A DNA stretch of 64,000 bases from Alphaproteobacteria bacterium (GTDB lineage: Bacteria; Pseudomonadota; Alphaproteobacteria; RF32; CAG-239), in NCBI GenBank assembly GCA_045537965.1, contig JAZSQL010000003.1, forward strand, positions 3,056-67,055, written 5' to 3'. The position numbers and the translations under genes are program-made. Positions 10,025 through 18,907 of this stretch are shown here, piece after piece. Position 1 is the stretch's first letter, and each line of letters opens with the position of its first letter. The notes below the pieces were generated by a model. That model saw nothing but the letters and a program-made list of their open reading frames with translations. It was not told the origin of the DNA and did not search any database.

Positions 10025-10999
10025 ATGAAAAAAATATTAGTCATGGGTGGAGCTGGCTATATCGGTTCGCACACCGTTAAGCATTTACTTGATAATGATT
10101 ATGAAGTAGTTGTTGCCGATAATCTAATTTATGGACACTTCAATGCTGTTGATAAAAGAGCATCTTTTATCCATGCAGATTTGCTAGATACCATATCATT
10201 ACAAAGAGTTTTTCAAAATCATAAAATAGATGCAGTTGTTCATTTTGCCGCATTTACTTATGTTGGTGAAAGCGTAGAAAATCCTGAAAAATACTATTAT
10301 AATAACGTGGTCGGAACAGTTAATCTACTTAATGCTATGAAAAACTATGGCGTTAAAAAAATAGTATTTTCTAGTACTTGTGCTACTTATGGTGAGCCAA
10401 AGTATATGCCTTTAGATGAAAAACATTCGCAAAATCCTATTAATCCGTATGGTCGCACCAAATTAATGATTGAGCAAATATTCAGTGACTATGCAAAAGC
10501 TTATGATTTAGAATATATTGCTTTGCGTTATTTTAATGCAGCTGGAGCTGCATCAGATGCTTCTATTGGAGAAGATCATAATCCAGAAACACATCTTATT
10601 CCTTTAGTATTAAAGGCTATTAAAGGGGAGCGAGCTAGCATAAAAATATTTGGTACAGACTATGATACACCTGATGGAACATGTATTAGAGATTATATTC
10701 ATGTTGAAGATTTGGCTTTAGCTCATCGTTTAGCTTTAGAAAAACTTGGTTCATATAGTGGCTGTATAAATCTTGGTACAGGAGTTGGAACAAGTGTTAA
10801 AGAGATTATTAAAGCAGCCGAAGATGTTAGTGGAAAAAAGTGTCCTGTTGAATATGCCGAACGTCGAGCTGGCGACCCTGCACGCCTGTTTGCAAACAAC
10901 TCAAAAGCAAAAGATATTTTAGGTTGGCAACCTAAATATAACGATATTAAAGAAATTGTTCAAACAGCCTGGAATTGGGAATTAAAAAAATCCTCTTAA
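10025..10999 (+). CDS. galE: UDP-glucose 4-epimerase
   Basis: GGAGYIGSH Rossmann motif, the YGRTK catalytic YxxxK, and overall GalE-like sequence. Confidence 0.9.
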   Translation: MKKILVMGGAGYIGSHTVKHLLDNDYEVVVADNLIYGHFNAVDKRASFIHADLLDTISLQRVFQNHKIDAVVHFAAFTYVGESVENPEKYYYNNVVGTVNLLNAMKNYGVKKIVFSSTCATYGEPKYMPLDEKHSQNPINPYGRTKLMIEQIFSDYAKAYDLEYIALRYFNAAGAASDASIGEDHNPETHLIPLVLKAIKGERASIKIFGTDYDTPDGTCIRDYIHVEDLALAHRLALEKLGSYSGCINLGTGVGTSVKEIIKAAEDVSGKKCPVEYAERRAGDPARLFANNSKAKDILGWQPKYNDIKEIVQTAWNWELKKSS

Positions 11000-11040
11000 T
11001 TGAACTGTCCAAATTTTGGGGGACAGTTCAAATTAAGAGG
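10992..11040. terminator. Long palindromic bidirectional terminator overlapping both convergent stop codons
   Basis: CCTCTTAATTGAACTGTCC (10992-11010) pairs with GGACAGTTCAAATTAAGAGG (11021-11040), giving ~19 bp with one bulge. Confidence 0.6.
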
Positions 11041-11299
11041 ATTTTTTATTAGACCGTTCGAAATAGCTGTACTTTAGGACTGTTCCCCAAACGATAATGT
11101 TTGCCCCAAAATTAAGCAACAATACATAATCTCCTCTAGAAAAAGCATATACTAAGCTAAGCGAAGAACCTATTATTGATAATAAAACAAATTCGCGAGA
11201 AACACCTTTTGAATGACCGTTTTTAATACTTAATATTGCTTGCGGTAATCCGCTTAAAGTATAAGCTAACGAACCGATGTAACCGATTGTTTGAATCAT
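11033..11299 (-). CDS. PQ-loop / SemiSWEET-like 3-TM membrane protein
   Basis: 88 aa with three hydrophobic helices and SGLPQAILSIKNGHSKGVS, a PQ-loop motif. Confidence 0.6.
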   Translation of the reverse strand: MIQTIGYIGSLAYTLSGLPQAILSIKNGHSKGVSREFVLLSIIGSSLSLVYAFSRGDYVLLLNFGANIIVWGTVLKYSYFERSNKKSS

Positions 11300-11562
11300 T
11301 ATTTTGCCCTCTTAAAAATATCATGCAATTTATAATAAAAAACAACCAATATTCCCATAAGTCCACAAAGAAAGTTTGGAATTATGGTATATTGTTTTGT
11401 TGCAATAACATAAAACAGAGAACATACACCTCCAATTGTAGCAAGTATCAAAAGATAAAGCGAAACACCTTGAGCTGTTTTATTTTTATAAGCTAACACT
11501 GCTTGCGGCCAAGAATTAACCGCTAAGCACAATGAACCTATTAAACCAATTAACTCAAACAT
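11299..11562 (-). CDS. PQ-loop / SemiSWEET-like 3-TM membrane protein (paralog)
   Basis: 87 aa with NSWPQAVLAYKNKTAQGVS. Its stop overlaps the start of the downstream paralog (TAATG). Confidence 0.6.
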   Translation of the reverse strand: MFELIGLIGSLCLAVNSWPQAVLAYKNKTAQGVSLYLLILATIGGVCSLFYVIATKQYTIIPNFLCGLMGILVVFYYKLHDIFKRAK

Positions 11563-11568
11563 TAAATA

Positions 11569-13494
11569 TTACTCATCAGCATGAGGCATTTTGGCTTCTT
11601 CAACCAAAGCTTTGATAAAGTCATCTAAAGTCATAACTTCTTGCTTATCAGAGCCAATACGACGAATAGTAACTGTACGATTTTCACGTTCTTTAGCACC
11701 AACAACAGCAATAACAGGTATTTTGGCAACAGAATGTTCTCTAACTTTGTAGTTAATTTTTTCATTACGCAAGTCGGTTTTTGCTGACAAACCAGCTTTT
11801 TTCAAAGCACTAGCAACTTCGTTTGCATAGTCATCAAATTCGTTGACAATTGAGCAAACAACAACTTGTTCGGGCGACAACCATAAAGGCAAGCGACCAG
11901 CGTGATTTTCTATCAAAATACCTAAGAATCTTTCAATAGAACCGAACAAGGCACGATGCAACATAACTGGTTGATGTTTTTCACCATCTTCACCAATATA
12001 ACTGATATCAAAACGTTGAGGTAAGTTCATATCAACTTGAATTGTTCCGCATTGCCATTCACGACCGATAGCATCACGCAAAATAAATTCTAGCTTAGGA
12101 CCATAAAATGCACCCTCCCCCTCATTAACTTCAAATTCATAACCATGAGAAGTTAACGCATTAGCTAAAGATTTTTCACACAAGTCCCAAATTTCGTCAG
12201 AACCAATACGTTTTTCTGGACGTGTTGAAAGATAAATTTTAACCTCGTTGAAACCGAAATCTTTATAAATATCTAAAATCAATTTCAAAGTTGTAATGCA
12301 TTCTTCTTCCATTTGTTCAGGAGTACAGAATATGTGAGCATCATCTTGAGTAAACTCACGAACACGCATCAATCCCATTAATGAACCTGAAGCTTCGTAA
12401 CGATTTACCATACCAAACTCAGCCATACGTAAAGGTAAATCACGATATGATTTTACACCTTGTTTATAAACCAAAAGTCCACCAGGGCAATTCATTGGCT
12501 TAACACAAAATACTTTTTCATCTTCAGTTTTACCAGAATAGTTATGCGCACCATATTTTTCCCAATGACCTGAAGTCTCCCACAAACATCTATCCATAAT
12601 ACGAGGAGTTGCAACTTCTACATAACCATTATTATCTTGGCGCTTACGCATATATTCAATAAGTTTACGATAAATTTTATATCCTTTATCATGCCAAAAA
12701 ACAGCACCAGGAGCATATTCTGGCTCAAAATGGAACAAATCCATATCACGACCGAGCTTGCGATGATCACGTTTGGCTGCTTCTTCCAACATTTCTAAAT
12801 AGGCTTTGAGGTCTTTTTTATCAGCCCAAGCTGTTGCATAGATACGTTGTAACATTTCTTTGCTAGAATCACCTCGCCAATAAGCTCCAGCAACTTTCAT
12901 CAATTTGAAAGCATCACCAACTTTACCTGTTGAGGGAACGTGAGGACCACGACAAAGATCGGTAAAGTTGCCTTGAGAATACAACGAAATTGTTTCGCTT
13001 TCAGGCAAATCTTCAATAATCTCAGCTTTATAATTTTCGCCTATACCTTTGAAATAAGCAATTGCTTCGTTACGAGGCAAAACTTTGCGCTCTACTTTTT
13101 CGTCACGTTTCACAATCTCGTGCATTTTAGCTTCGATTTTTTCAAAATCTTCAGTTGTAAATGGTTCTTTACGAGAAAAATCATAATAAAAACCATTTTC
13201 TATAGCTGGTCCAATAGTTACTTGAACATCTGGCCACAACTCTTTAACCGCTTCGGCCATAATATGTGAGCAAGAATGACGGATAATTTCCAAGCCTTCC
13301 TTATCTTTACCAGTAATGATAGTTACGGTTGCGTTGGTAGTGATAGGAGTGCTCAAATCGGTAAGTTTTCCGTCAATCTTTACTGCTAAAGCAGCCTTTG
13401 CAAGTCCTGAACTAATTTTGTTAGCGATGTCAAAACCATTGACCCCGCTTTCCATTTCCATCACACTGCCATCTGGCAATTTAATCGCAACCAT
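11569..13494 (-). CDS. thrS: Threonine--tRNA ligase
   Basis: N-terminal TGS domain, class II core and anticodon-binding domain. Highly conserved ThrRS blocks (HRKLG, FEPEYAPGAVFWHDKG, CGTIQVD). Confidence 0.95.
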   Translation of the reverse strand: MVAIKLPDGSVMEMESGVNGFDIANKISSGLAKAALAVKIDGKLTDLSTPITTNATVTIITGKDKEGLEIIRHSCSHIMAEAVKELWPDVQVTIGPAIENGFYYDFSRKEPFTTEDFEKIEAKMHEIVKRDEKVERKVLPRNEAIAYFKGIGENYKAEIIEDLPESETISLYSQGNFTDLCRGPHVPSTGKVGDAFKLMKVAGAYWRGDSSKEMLQRIYATAWADKKDLKAYLEMLEEAAKRDHRKLGRDMDLFHFEPEYAPGAVFWHDKGYKIYRKLIEYMRKRQDNNGYVEVATPRIMDRCLWETSGHWEKYGAHNYSGKTEDEKVFCVKPMNCPGGLLVYKQGVKSYRDLPLRMAEFGMVNRYEASGSLMGLMRVREFTQDDAHIFCTPEQMEEECITTLKLILDIYKDFGFNEVKIYLSTRPEKRIGSDEIWDLCEKSLANALTSHGYEFEVNEGEGAFYGPKLEFILRDAIGREWQCGTIQVDMNLPQRFDISYIGEDGEKHQPVMLHRALFGSIERFLGILIENHAGRLPLWLSPEQVVVCSIVNEFDDYANEVASALKKAGLSAKTDLRNEKINYKVREHSVAKIPVIAVVGAKERENRTVTIRRIGSDKQEVMTLDDFIKALVEEAKMPHADE

Positions 13495-13514
13495 AATTAA
13501 ATATTCCTTTCTAT

Positions 13515-14663
13515 TTATTTGATTAGTTCGTGATAAACTGCAATTGTTTTATCACACATTATTTGTTTCGTAAAATTATCTTTTACGTTTTTAATTGCTG
13601 CTTTAGAAATTTTTTCTCTTTCTTTGGCAGGCAATTTAAGCGCCCAATCAATAGCATCTGCTAAAGACTGAGCATTATTGCTCTCAAACAATTTGCCAGT
13701 TATACCGTCAATTGTATTATCGAGCGAACCTCCAATATTGGAAGCTAAAACAATTTTACCCATAGCTTGTCCTTCGATAGCTGCACGACCAAAGGCTTCG
13801 GGTTCTATAGCTGTCGACAAAACTATATCGGACAACATTAGAATTGCTGGAATGTCAAAGCTATGATCAATAAATTGAATTTTAGCATCAAGATTGTACT
13901 TTTTAGCTAAATCTTTAAGTTCGTTAGTATAATGTATACGACCTTGATCAGAGCCGACAATTAAACAGTAAAAATCTTTTGTTTTTATTTTTGATAGAGC
14001 TTCAATTAAAAGGTGTTGACCTTTCCAACGAGTAACTCGACCAACAAGAGAAATAATTGGTTTATCTTCGGGAATATGATTTTCTTTTAACGCTTTGATA
14101 ATACGTTCTTGGCTTACCTTTTCTGGAGCAAAATTGTCAACATTAACACAACGATGAATGAGGCGCATTTTTTCTTCTGGTACTTTATATTCTTTTATCA
14201 TGTGGTTTTTGATATGGCTAGAAATGGCAATAACAAGTTTGCCATACGTCATAACACGATTATATATCTTTTTAATTCCTAGTGGCCCCAAGCCATACGT
14301 ACCATGAAAAGTTGTAAGATATTGAACGCCTGCACGCTTAGCTGCCCAATATGCACTCCATGCAGGAGCCCGTGAACGAGCGTGAACAATATTAATCCCA
14401 TTTTCTTTGATAATTTTTTCTAATTTTCTAGCATTAAGCCAAAGTTTGATAGGATTTTTGGTTTTTAGTGGCAATTCAAAATGTTTGACCTTGATCTTTT
14501 TAAGATCATAAACCATACGACCACCTGCAGATGCAACAAAGTTTTTAATCCCTTCTGCTTGAAGCCCAGAAGCAATCTCAACAGTACCCATTTCAACTCC
14601 GCCATGGTTCATTTCTGGCAGAACCTGCAAAACAACAGGCTTTTTGTTCTTTTTTTCAGCCAT
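13515..14663 (-). CDS. Glycosyltransferase family 4 (GT-B, GT1 clan)
   Basis: C-terminal EPEAFGRAAIEGQAMGKIVLASNIGG (E-x7-E motif), and N-terminal GGVEMGT typical of GT4. Confidence 0.8.
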   Translation of the reverse strand: MAEKKNKKPVVLQVLPEMNHGGVEMGTVEIASGLQAEGIKNFVASAGGRMVYDLKKIKVKHFELPLKTKNPIKLWLNARKLEKIIKENGINIVHARSRAPAWSAYWAAKRAGVQYLTTFHGTYGLGPLGIKKIYNRVMTYGKLVIAISSHIKNHMIKEYKVPEEKMRLIHRCVNVDNFAPEKVSQERIIKALKENHIPEDKPIISLVGRVTRWKGQHLLIEALSKIKTKDFYCLIVGSDQGRIHYTNELKDLAKKYNLDAKIQFIDHSFDIPAILMLSDIVLSTAIEPEAFGRAAIEGQAMGKIVLASNIGGSLDNTIDGITGKLFESNNAQSLADAIDWALKLPAKEREKISKAAIKNVKDNFTKQIMCDKTIAVYHELIK

Positions 14664-15127
14664 TTTTCCCTCAAAACTATGCTTAATACACCAACATTAG
14701 CTTATATCAACTTTATCTTAACGCCAAGTAAGAATCGGCATAAATTAACAAATTTTAAGTTTAGTCTAGTTAAAAGGGCTTGGCAACAGCAAATTTCAAT
14801 ATCTATTTAATCCTATCAATTATAGTACAATAATATTGGCAAAAAAGACATAACTTAATACCATTACAAATAAGAATATTACAATTACGATCATCGCATA
14901 AAATTTAGCTATATTTATTAATTAGTCATTAACATTAAGCTGAAAAAAGCATACAATTTGTCACTTTTTTTAATTTTACATTCCTTTACAACTATTCTAT
15001 CTATCATTAATCATGTTCGTACAATCAAATTTTTTATATACAAATTTATATTGACAATAACAAGAGCTATAAATATCCTAACCAAGCAATACTATATTAA
15101 TAATTTTTCGCATATATTTTTAACAAA

Positions 15128-15733
15128 ATGCAGTATATTGATAAAATTTTAAAACTTATCAAAGCTAACATTATAAAAACCAAATATTCTCATCACAATT
15201 TGGTATATCGTCGTTGTAATAAATTTGTTTTTAGTGTTGATTGCTCAGGATTAGTTGAATTTTGGCTATTCAAACGTAATCCCCAAGCCCTTGCTGAAAT
15301 ATACGATTTTGTGTTTCAAAATCGTCAAGTAAACAAAAAAGAAATAAAACGACTTTACTCTTTTGATTTTTACGATTTTTTTTCATCAATAGAGTGCACT
15401 TCCTATTGGCAACATATTAAAATATCATCAACACTAAAACGAGGTGACATACTCGCTTTCATTAATCCAAATAAAAAAGGTAGATTTGGGCATGTAGCTA
15501 TAGTTGATAAAGAAATAAGTCGTAATGAGCAAAAAATTATCGTTAAAGTTATAGATTCTAGCCAAATAGAACATAGAGAAGATTATCGCCAATCAATAAA
15601 AAAAGGAATAGGATGTGGTATAATTGAACTATACATAGAAAATGAAAATGTAACTAAAATTAGTTATTGTCCTAATGAGATAAAACCTCGTTTAATCAAA
15701 GTTGCTAGACTACTACAATCACAAAAATTATAG
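15128..15733 (+). CDS. Hypothetical protein with NlpC/P60-like Cys/His signature, no signal peptide
   Basis: SVDCSGLVEFW (candidate nucleophile Cys) and GDILAF..RFGHVAIV (candidate His) are arranged as in NlpC/P60 papain-like hydrolases. No SD is visible and the gene is flanked by long AT-rich spacers. Confidence 0.4.
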   Translation: MQYIDKILKLIKANIIKTKYSHHNLVYRRCNKFVFSVDCSGLVEFWLFKRNPQALAEIYDFVFQNRQVNKKEIKRLYSFDFYDFFSSIECTSYWQHIKISSTLKRGDILAFINPNKKGRFGHVAIVDKEISRNEQKIIVKVIDSSQIEHREDYRQSIKKGIGCGIIELYIENENVTKISYCPNEIKPRLIKVARLLQSQKL

Positions 15734-16104
15734 ATTTATCAATGATTTTAAATAATTCACAAAAATTCCAACAACAGATGATAAATCAACTTTTGCAGAA
15801 TTAGCTTATAAAAACACATTATATATACTAGATAAACGATGAACTAAATAAACTAAAACACCTAAATAACCTTTATAAAGAAGGACAAGGTTTGATAACA
15901 AAAAGATTGCTAAAATACTTTTAATAGCCAAAAAGGACAAATATCTTGCAAATCCAATCGGAGAAAATCGTAAAAAATCTTCTAAAAGTGAGTAAACTAA
16001 AGCATCTATAACATCTTAACTGACGTGTAGGTCCAGCGTAGCAGTTAAAACTGGCTTAAAATAGGCACAAAAAAAGCCCTTTGAACAAGGACTTAAATTT
16101 TTAG

Positions 16105-16192
16105 TGGCGGAGCGTATAGGACTCGAACCTATGCATCGCTATTCACGATGACGGATTAGCAATCCGCTGCATTACCACTCTGCCAACGCTCC
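16105..16192 (-). tRNA. tRNA-Ser (anticodon GCU), class II with long variable arm, CCA encoded
   Basis: Folded by hand: acceptor GGAGCGT/ACGCTCC, anticodon loop TTGCTAA, variable stem CATCG/CGATG, T-arm ATAGG-TTCGAGT-CCTAT. Confidence 0.9.
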
Positions 16193-16254
16193 CATGTGGT
16201 ACGGGCTTATATTTAACTTATGTTTTTCGCTTCGTCAATAGTTTTTTATACTTA

Positions 16255-17037
16255 TTAATGAAAAATCATTGTAACATAAGTCATCAAAATAAAGCCTAAA
16301 AATACCGCCGCTGCTGATTTATTAGTTTCTTTTTGACCATATGTTTCTGGTAATATTTCATTTATCACAACAAACAACAATGTTCCTCCAGCCAAGGCCA
16401 TTCCATAAGGTATTATATTAAAACTAATATCCATCAACAAAAGCCCAATTATTGCACCAATCGGTTGCATAAAACCAATAATAAAAGCAACCATTACCGC
16501 TTTCAACTTAGAATAACCTGCTCCAAGCAATGAAATAGCTATTGTCAAACCCTCTGGAATATTATGTGCTGCAATACCTATAACCAAAGATAATGGATTA
16601 ACCAAACTTTCTGCACCATAAGCAACTCCAACAGCCAAACCTTCTGGCAATTTATGAAGTGTAATTGCAATAATAAATAGCCATGCTTTTTTTATTCCAA
16701 CACTAGAATTAGGTCCATGACGCCCCATTGCATTATGCTCATGTGGAAGCATCAAATTAAGCACCCACACCAATAAAACCCCCATAAACACAGCTACAGT
16801 ATATTCAAATGCATCTGTATACAAACTTTTACCATTGCCAACAATATCTTGCATTGATGGAACCAAAAGCGAAAAAAACGAAGCGGCTAACATAACTCCT
16901 GCAGCTAGATTCAATAATTGATTTATATCTGACTTTAAATAACGTTTTTTAAGAAAAATACACAAACCACCAACACCAGTAATCATTCCTGCAATTAATG
17001 ATGCTATAAATCCATTAACAAACGTATCTGTTATCAT
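16255..17037 (-). CDS. zupT: ZIP-family divalent metal transporter (ZupT-like)
   Basis: Multi-TM protein with HKLPEGLAVG and HNIPEGLTI ZIP motifs. Start set to the internal ATG after AAGGAAATATT; the track ORF extends to 17076. Confidence 0.8.
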   Translation of the reverse strand: MITDTFVNGFIASLIAGMITGVGGLCIFLKKRYLKSDINQLLNLAAGVMLAASFFSLLVPSMQDIVGNGKSLYTDAFEYTVAVFMGVLLVWVLNLMLPHEHNAMGRHGPNSSVGIKKAWLFIIAITLHKLPEGLAVGVAYGAESLVNPLSLVIGIAAHNIPEGLTIAISLLGAGYSKLKAVMVAFIIGFMQPIGAIIGLLLMDISFNIIPYGMALAGGTLLFVVINEILPETYGQKETNKSAAAVFLGFILMTYVTMIFH

Positions 17038-17095
17038 AAATATTTCCTTTTTCAAAAAAATACTATTAATTACCATAATTTAAATAATATTTTCA

Positions 17096-18907
17096 TTAAC
17101 GATCAAACAATTTTGCAATATCTTTAATTTTTAATTCAACATAGGTTGGTCTTCCATGATTGCATTGTCCCGAATGTGGTGTATTCTCCATATCTCGCAA
17201 CAATCTATTCATTTCTTCAATATTTAATCTACGCCCTGCTCTAACCGAACCATGACAAGCCATTGTAGCACAAACTAAATGAATTTTTTCTTTCAAATTA
17301 AAACCACTACCCCATTCACTTATCTGTTCAGCCAAATCTTTTATAAGATCTTGAACATTTGTTTCGCCCAACAAAGCTGGAACGGCCCTAACTATAACAG
17401 CTGTAGAACCAAATTCTTCCAATTCTAATCCCAATTTTGCTAAATCATCTACTGCTTGTAAAAGTTTGTCTTTTTCAGCCATCGACAAATCAACAACTTC
17501 TGGAATTAGCAACAACTGAGACTTTGGATTTTCAGCATCAATATTTGCTTTAAGCTTTTCCATAACAATTCGTTCGTGTGCTGCATGCTGGTCTACAATA
17601 ATTATGCTATCTAGTGTTTGAGATATTATATAAGTATCATTAAATTGAGCTTTTGCTAAACCTAATTCACCAATCTCATCTTCAACCCCATAATCTACAT
17701 TTTCTTCTGCTTTTACAGAAAATTTATATTCCAGATCTGGTAAATTAGCTTGTTTTTTAGCCCCTCCATAAGCAAAACTTTGATAATTTCCTAATCTAAT
17801 ATTTGATGGTTCATATTTATGCTCATTTAATACCAAACCATCTTCGAAAGATGATACTTTTTCCGACAAAACAATTTTATTTAAATCCAAAGTATTAGAT
17901 GTTTTTCCTGATGCTCTAGCTAAAGCATTTCTAATTGATGAAACTAGTAATCCCCTAACCAAATTATTATCATAAAAACGAACTTCAGCTTTAGTTGGAT
18001 GAACATTTACATCAACATCTTGAGGTAAAACATCAAAAAATAATGCACACATAGGATAGCGACCAGAACTCAATACGTCTTGATAAGCTCCTCTAATCGC
18101 CCCCAATAAAAGTTTATCTCTGACTGGACGATTATTAACAAACAAAAATTGCGATAAAGAATTAGCCTTGTTCAAAGTAGGCAATGATATATATCCACTT
18201 ATTTTCACATTATCACGCTCTGTATCAATCAATATTGAGTTTTCTCTAAACTCTTTCCCCATAACACTAGCCAAGCGTTCCATTCTTGATTCAAATAAAT
18301 CACCTTGAGCTATAGGATAATACAGCTTTTTCTTTCCATCAGAATACAAACTAAATGCCACAGTAGGATTTGCTAAAGCAATCCTTTGTACAACATCTAC
18401 ACAATTTGCTGTCTCTGAAGACGCCGCTTTCAAAAATTTTAACCTTGCAGGTGTTGCATAAAACAAATCTCTAACATCTATTCTTGTTCCTTGAACACAT
18501 GCTGCTGGAACAACTGCTGATTTAACACCTCCACAAACTTCAATTTTCCAACCATTATCTGCATCTTTCTGCTTACTAGTTATACTCATTCTAGCAACAG
18601 ATGCTATCGATGGTAATGCTTCTCCTCTAAAACCAAAAAAACAAATATTAAACAAATTATCATCTGGAAGTTTAGAAGTTGCGTGTCTTTCAACAGCAAC
18701 CTCTAACTCATCTGCTGACATTCCCTTACCATTATCAATAATAGTAATTAAAGTTTTTCCCCCTTCATTCAAATGAACTTCAATAGACGTAGCTCCTGCA
18801 TCAAGCGCATTTTCAACCAACTCTTTTACAACAGATGCAGGTCTTTCAACCACTTCTCCTGCCGCAATCTGATTTACTAAATTAGAAGGTAGAATTCTAA
18901 TAGTCAT
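17096..18907 (-). CDS. mutL: DNA mismatch repair protein MutL
   Basis: N-terminal GHKL ATPase block LPSNLVNQIAAGEVVERPASVVKELVENALDAGAT, and C-terminal dimerisation domain with QHAAHERI. Confidence 0.95.
   Translation of the reverse strand: MTIRILPSNLVNQIAAGEVVERPASVVKELVENALDAGATSIEVHLNEGGKTLITIIDNGKGMSADELEVAVERHATSKLPDDNLFNICFFGFRGEALPSIASVARMSITSKQKDADNGWKIEVCGGVKSAVVPAACVQGTRIDVRDLFYATPARLKFLKAASSETANCVDVVQRIALANPTVAFSLYSDGKKKLYYPIAQGDLFESRMERLASVMGKEFRENSILIDTERDNVKISGYISLPTLNKANSLSQFLFVNNRPVRDKLLLGAIRGAYQDVLSSGRYPMCALFFDVLPQDVDVNVHPTKAEVRFYDNNLVRGLLVSSIRNALARASGKTSNTLDLNKIVLSEKVSSFEDGLVLNEHKYEPSNIRLGNYQSFAYGGAKKQANLPDLEYKFSVKAEENVDYGVEDEIGELGLAKAQFNDTYIISQTLDSIIIVDQHAAHERIVMEKLKANIDAENPKSQLLLIPEVVDLSMAEKDKLLQAVDDLAKLGLELEEFGSTAVIVRAVPALLGETNVQDLIKDLAEQISEWGSGFNLKEKIHLVCATMACHGSVRAGRRLNIEEMNRLLRDMENTPHSGQCNHGRPTYVELKIKDIAKLFDR

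Noticed and set aside
11236-11496. Plus-strand 86-aa ORF across the two PQ-loop genes
   Set aside because: It is antisense to two genes with clear PQ-loop motifs and TM periodicity, and its translation is low-complexity.
14481-15152. ORFs 14481-14810 and 14958-15152 in or near the AT-rich spacer after the GT4 gene
   Set aside because: The first is largely antisense to the GT4 gene start. The second is an Ile/Phe/Leu-rich product of AT-rich DNA with a TTG-type start and no SD.
15790-16030. Stop-free ~60-codon hydrophobic frame on the minus strand downstream of the NlpC/P60-like gene
   Set aside because: It has no start codon or SD and a stop immediately upstream. At best it is a pseudogene remnant and cannot be supported as a gene.
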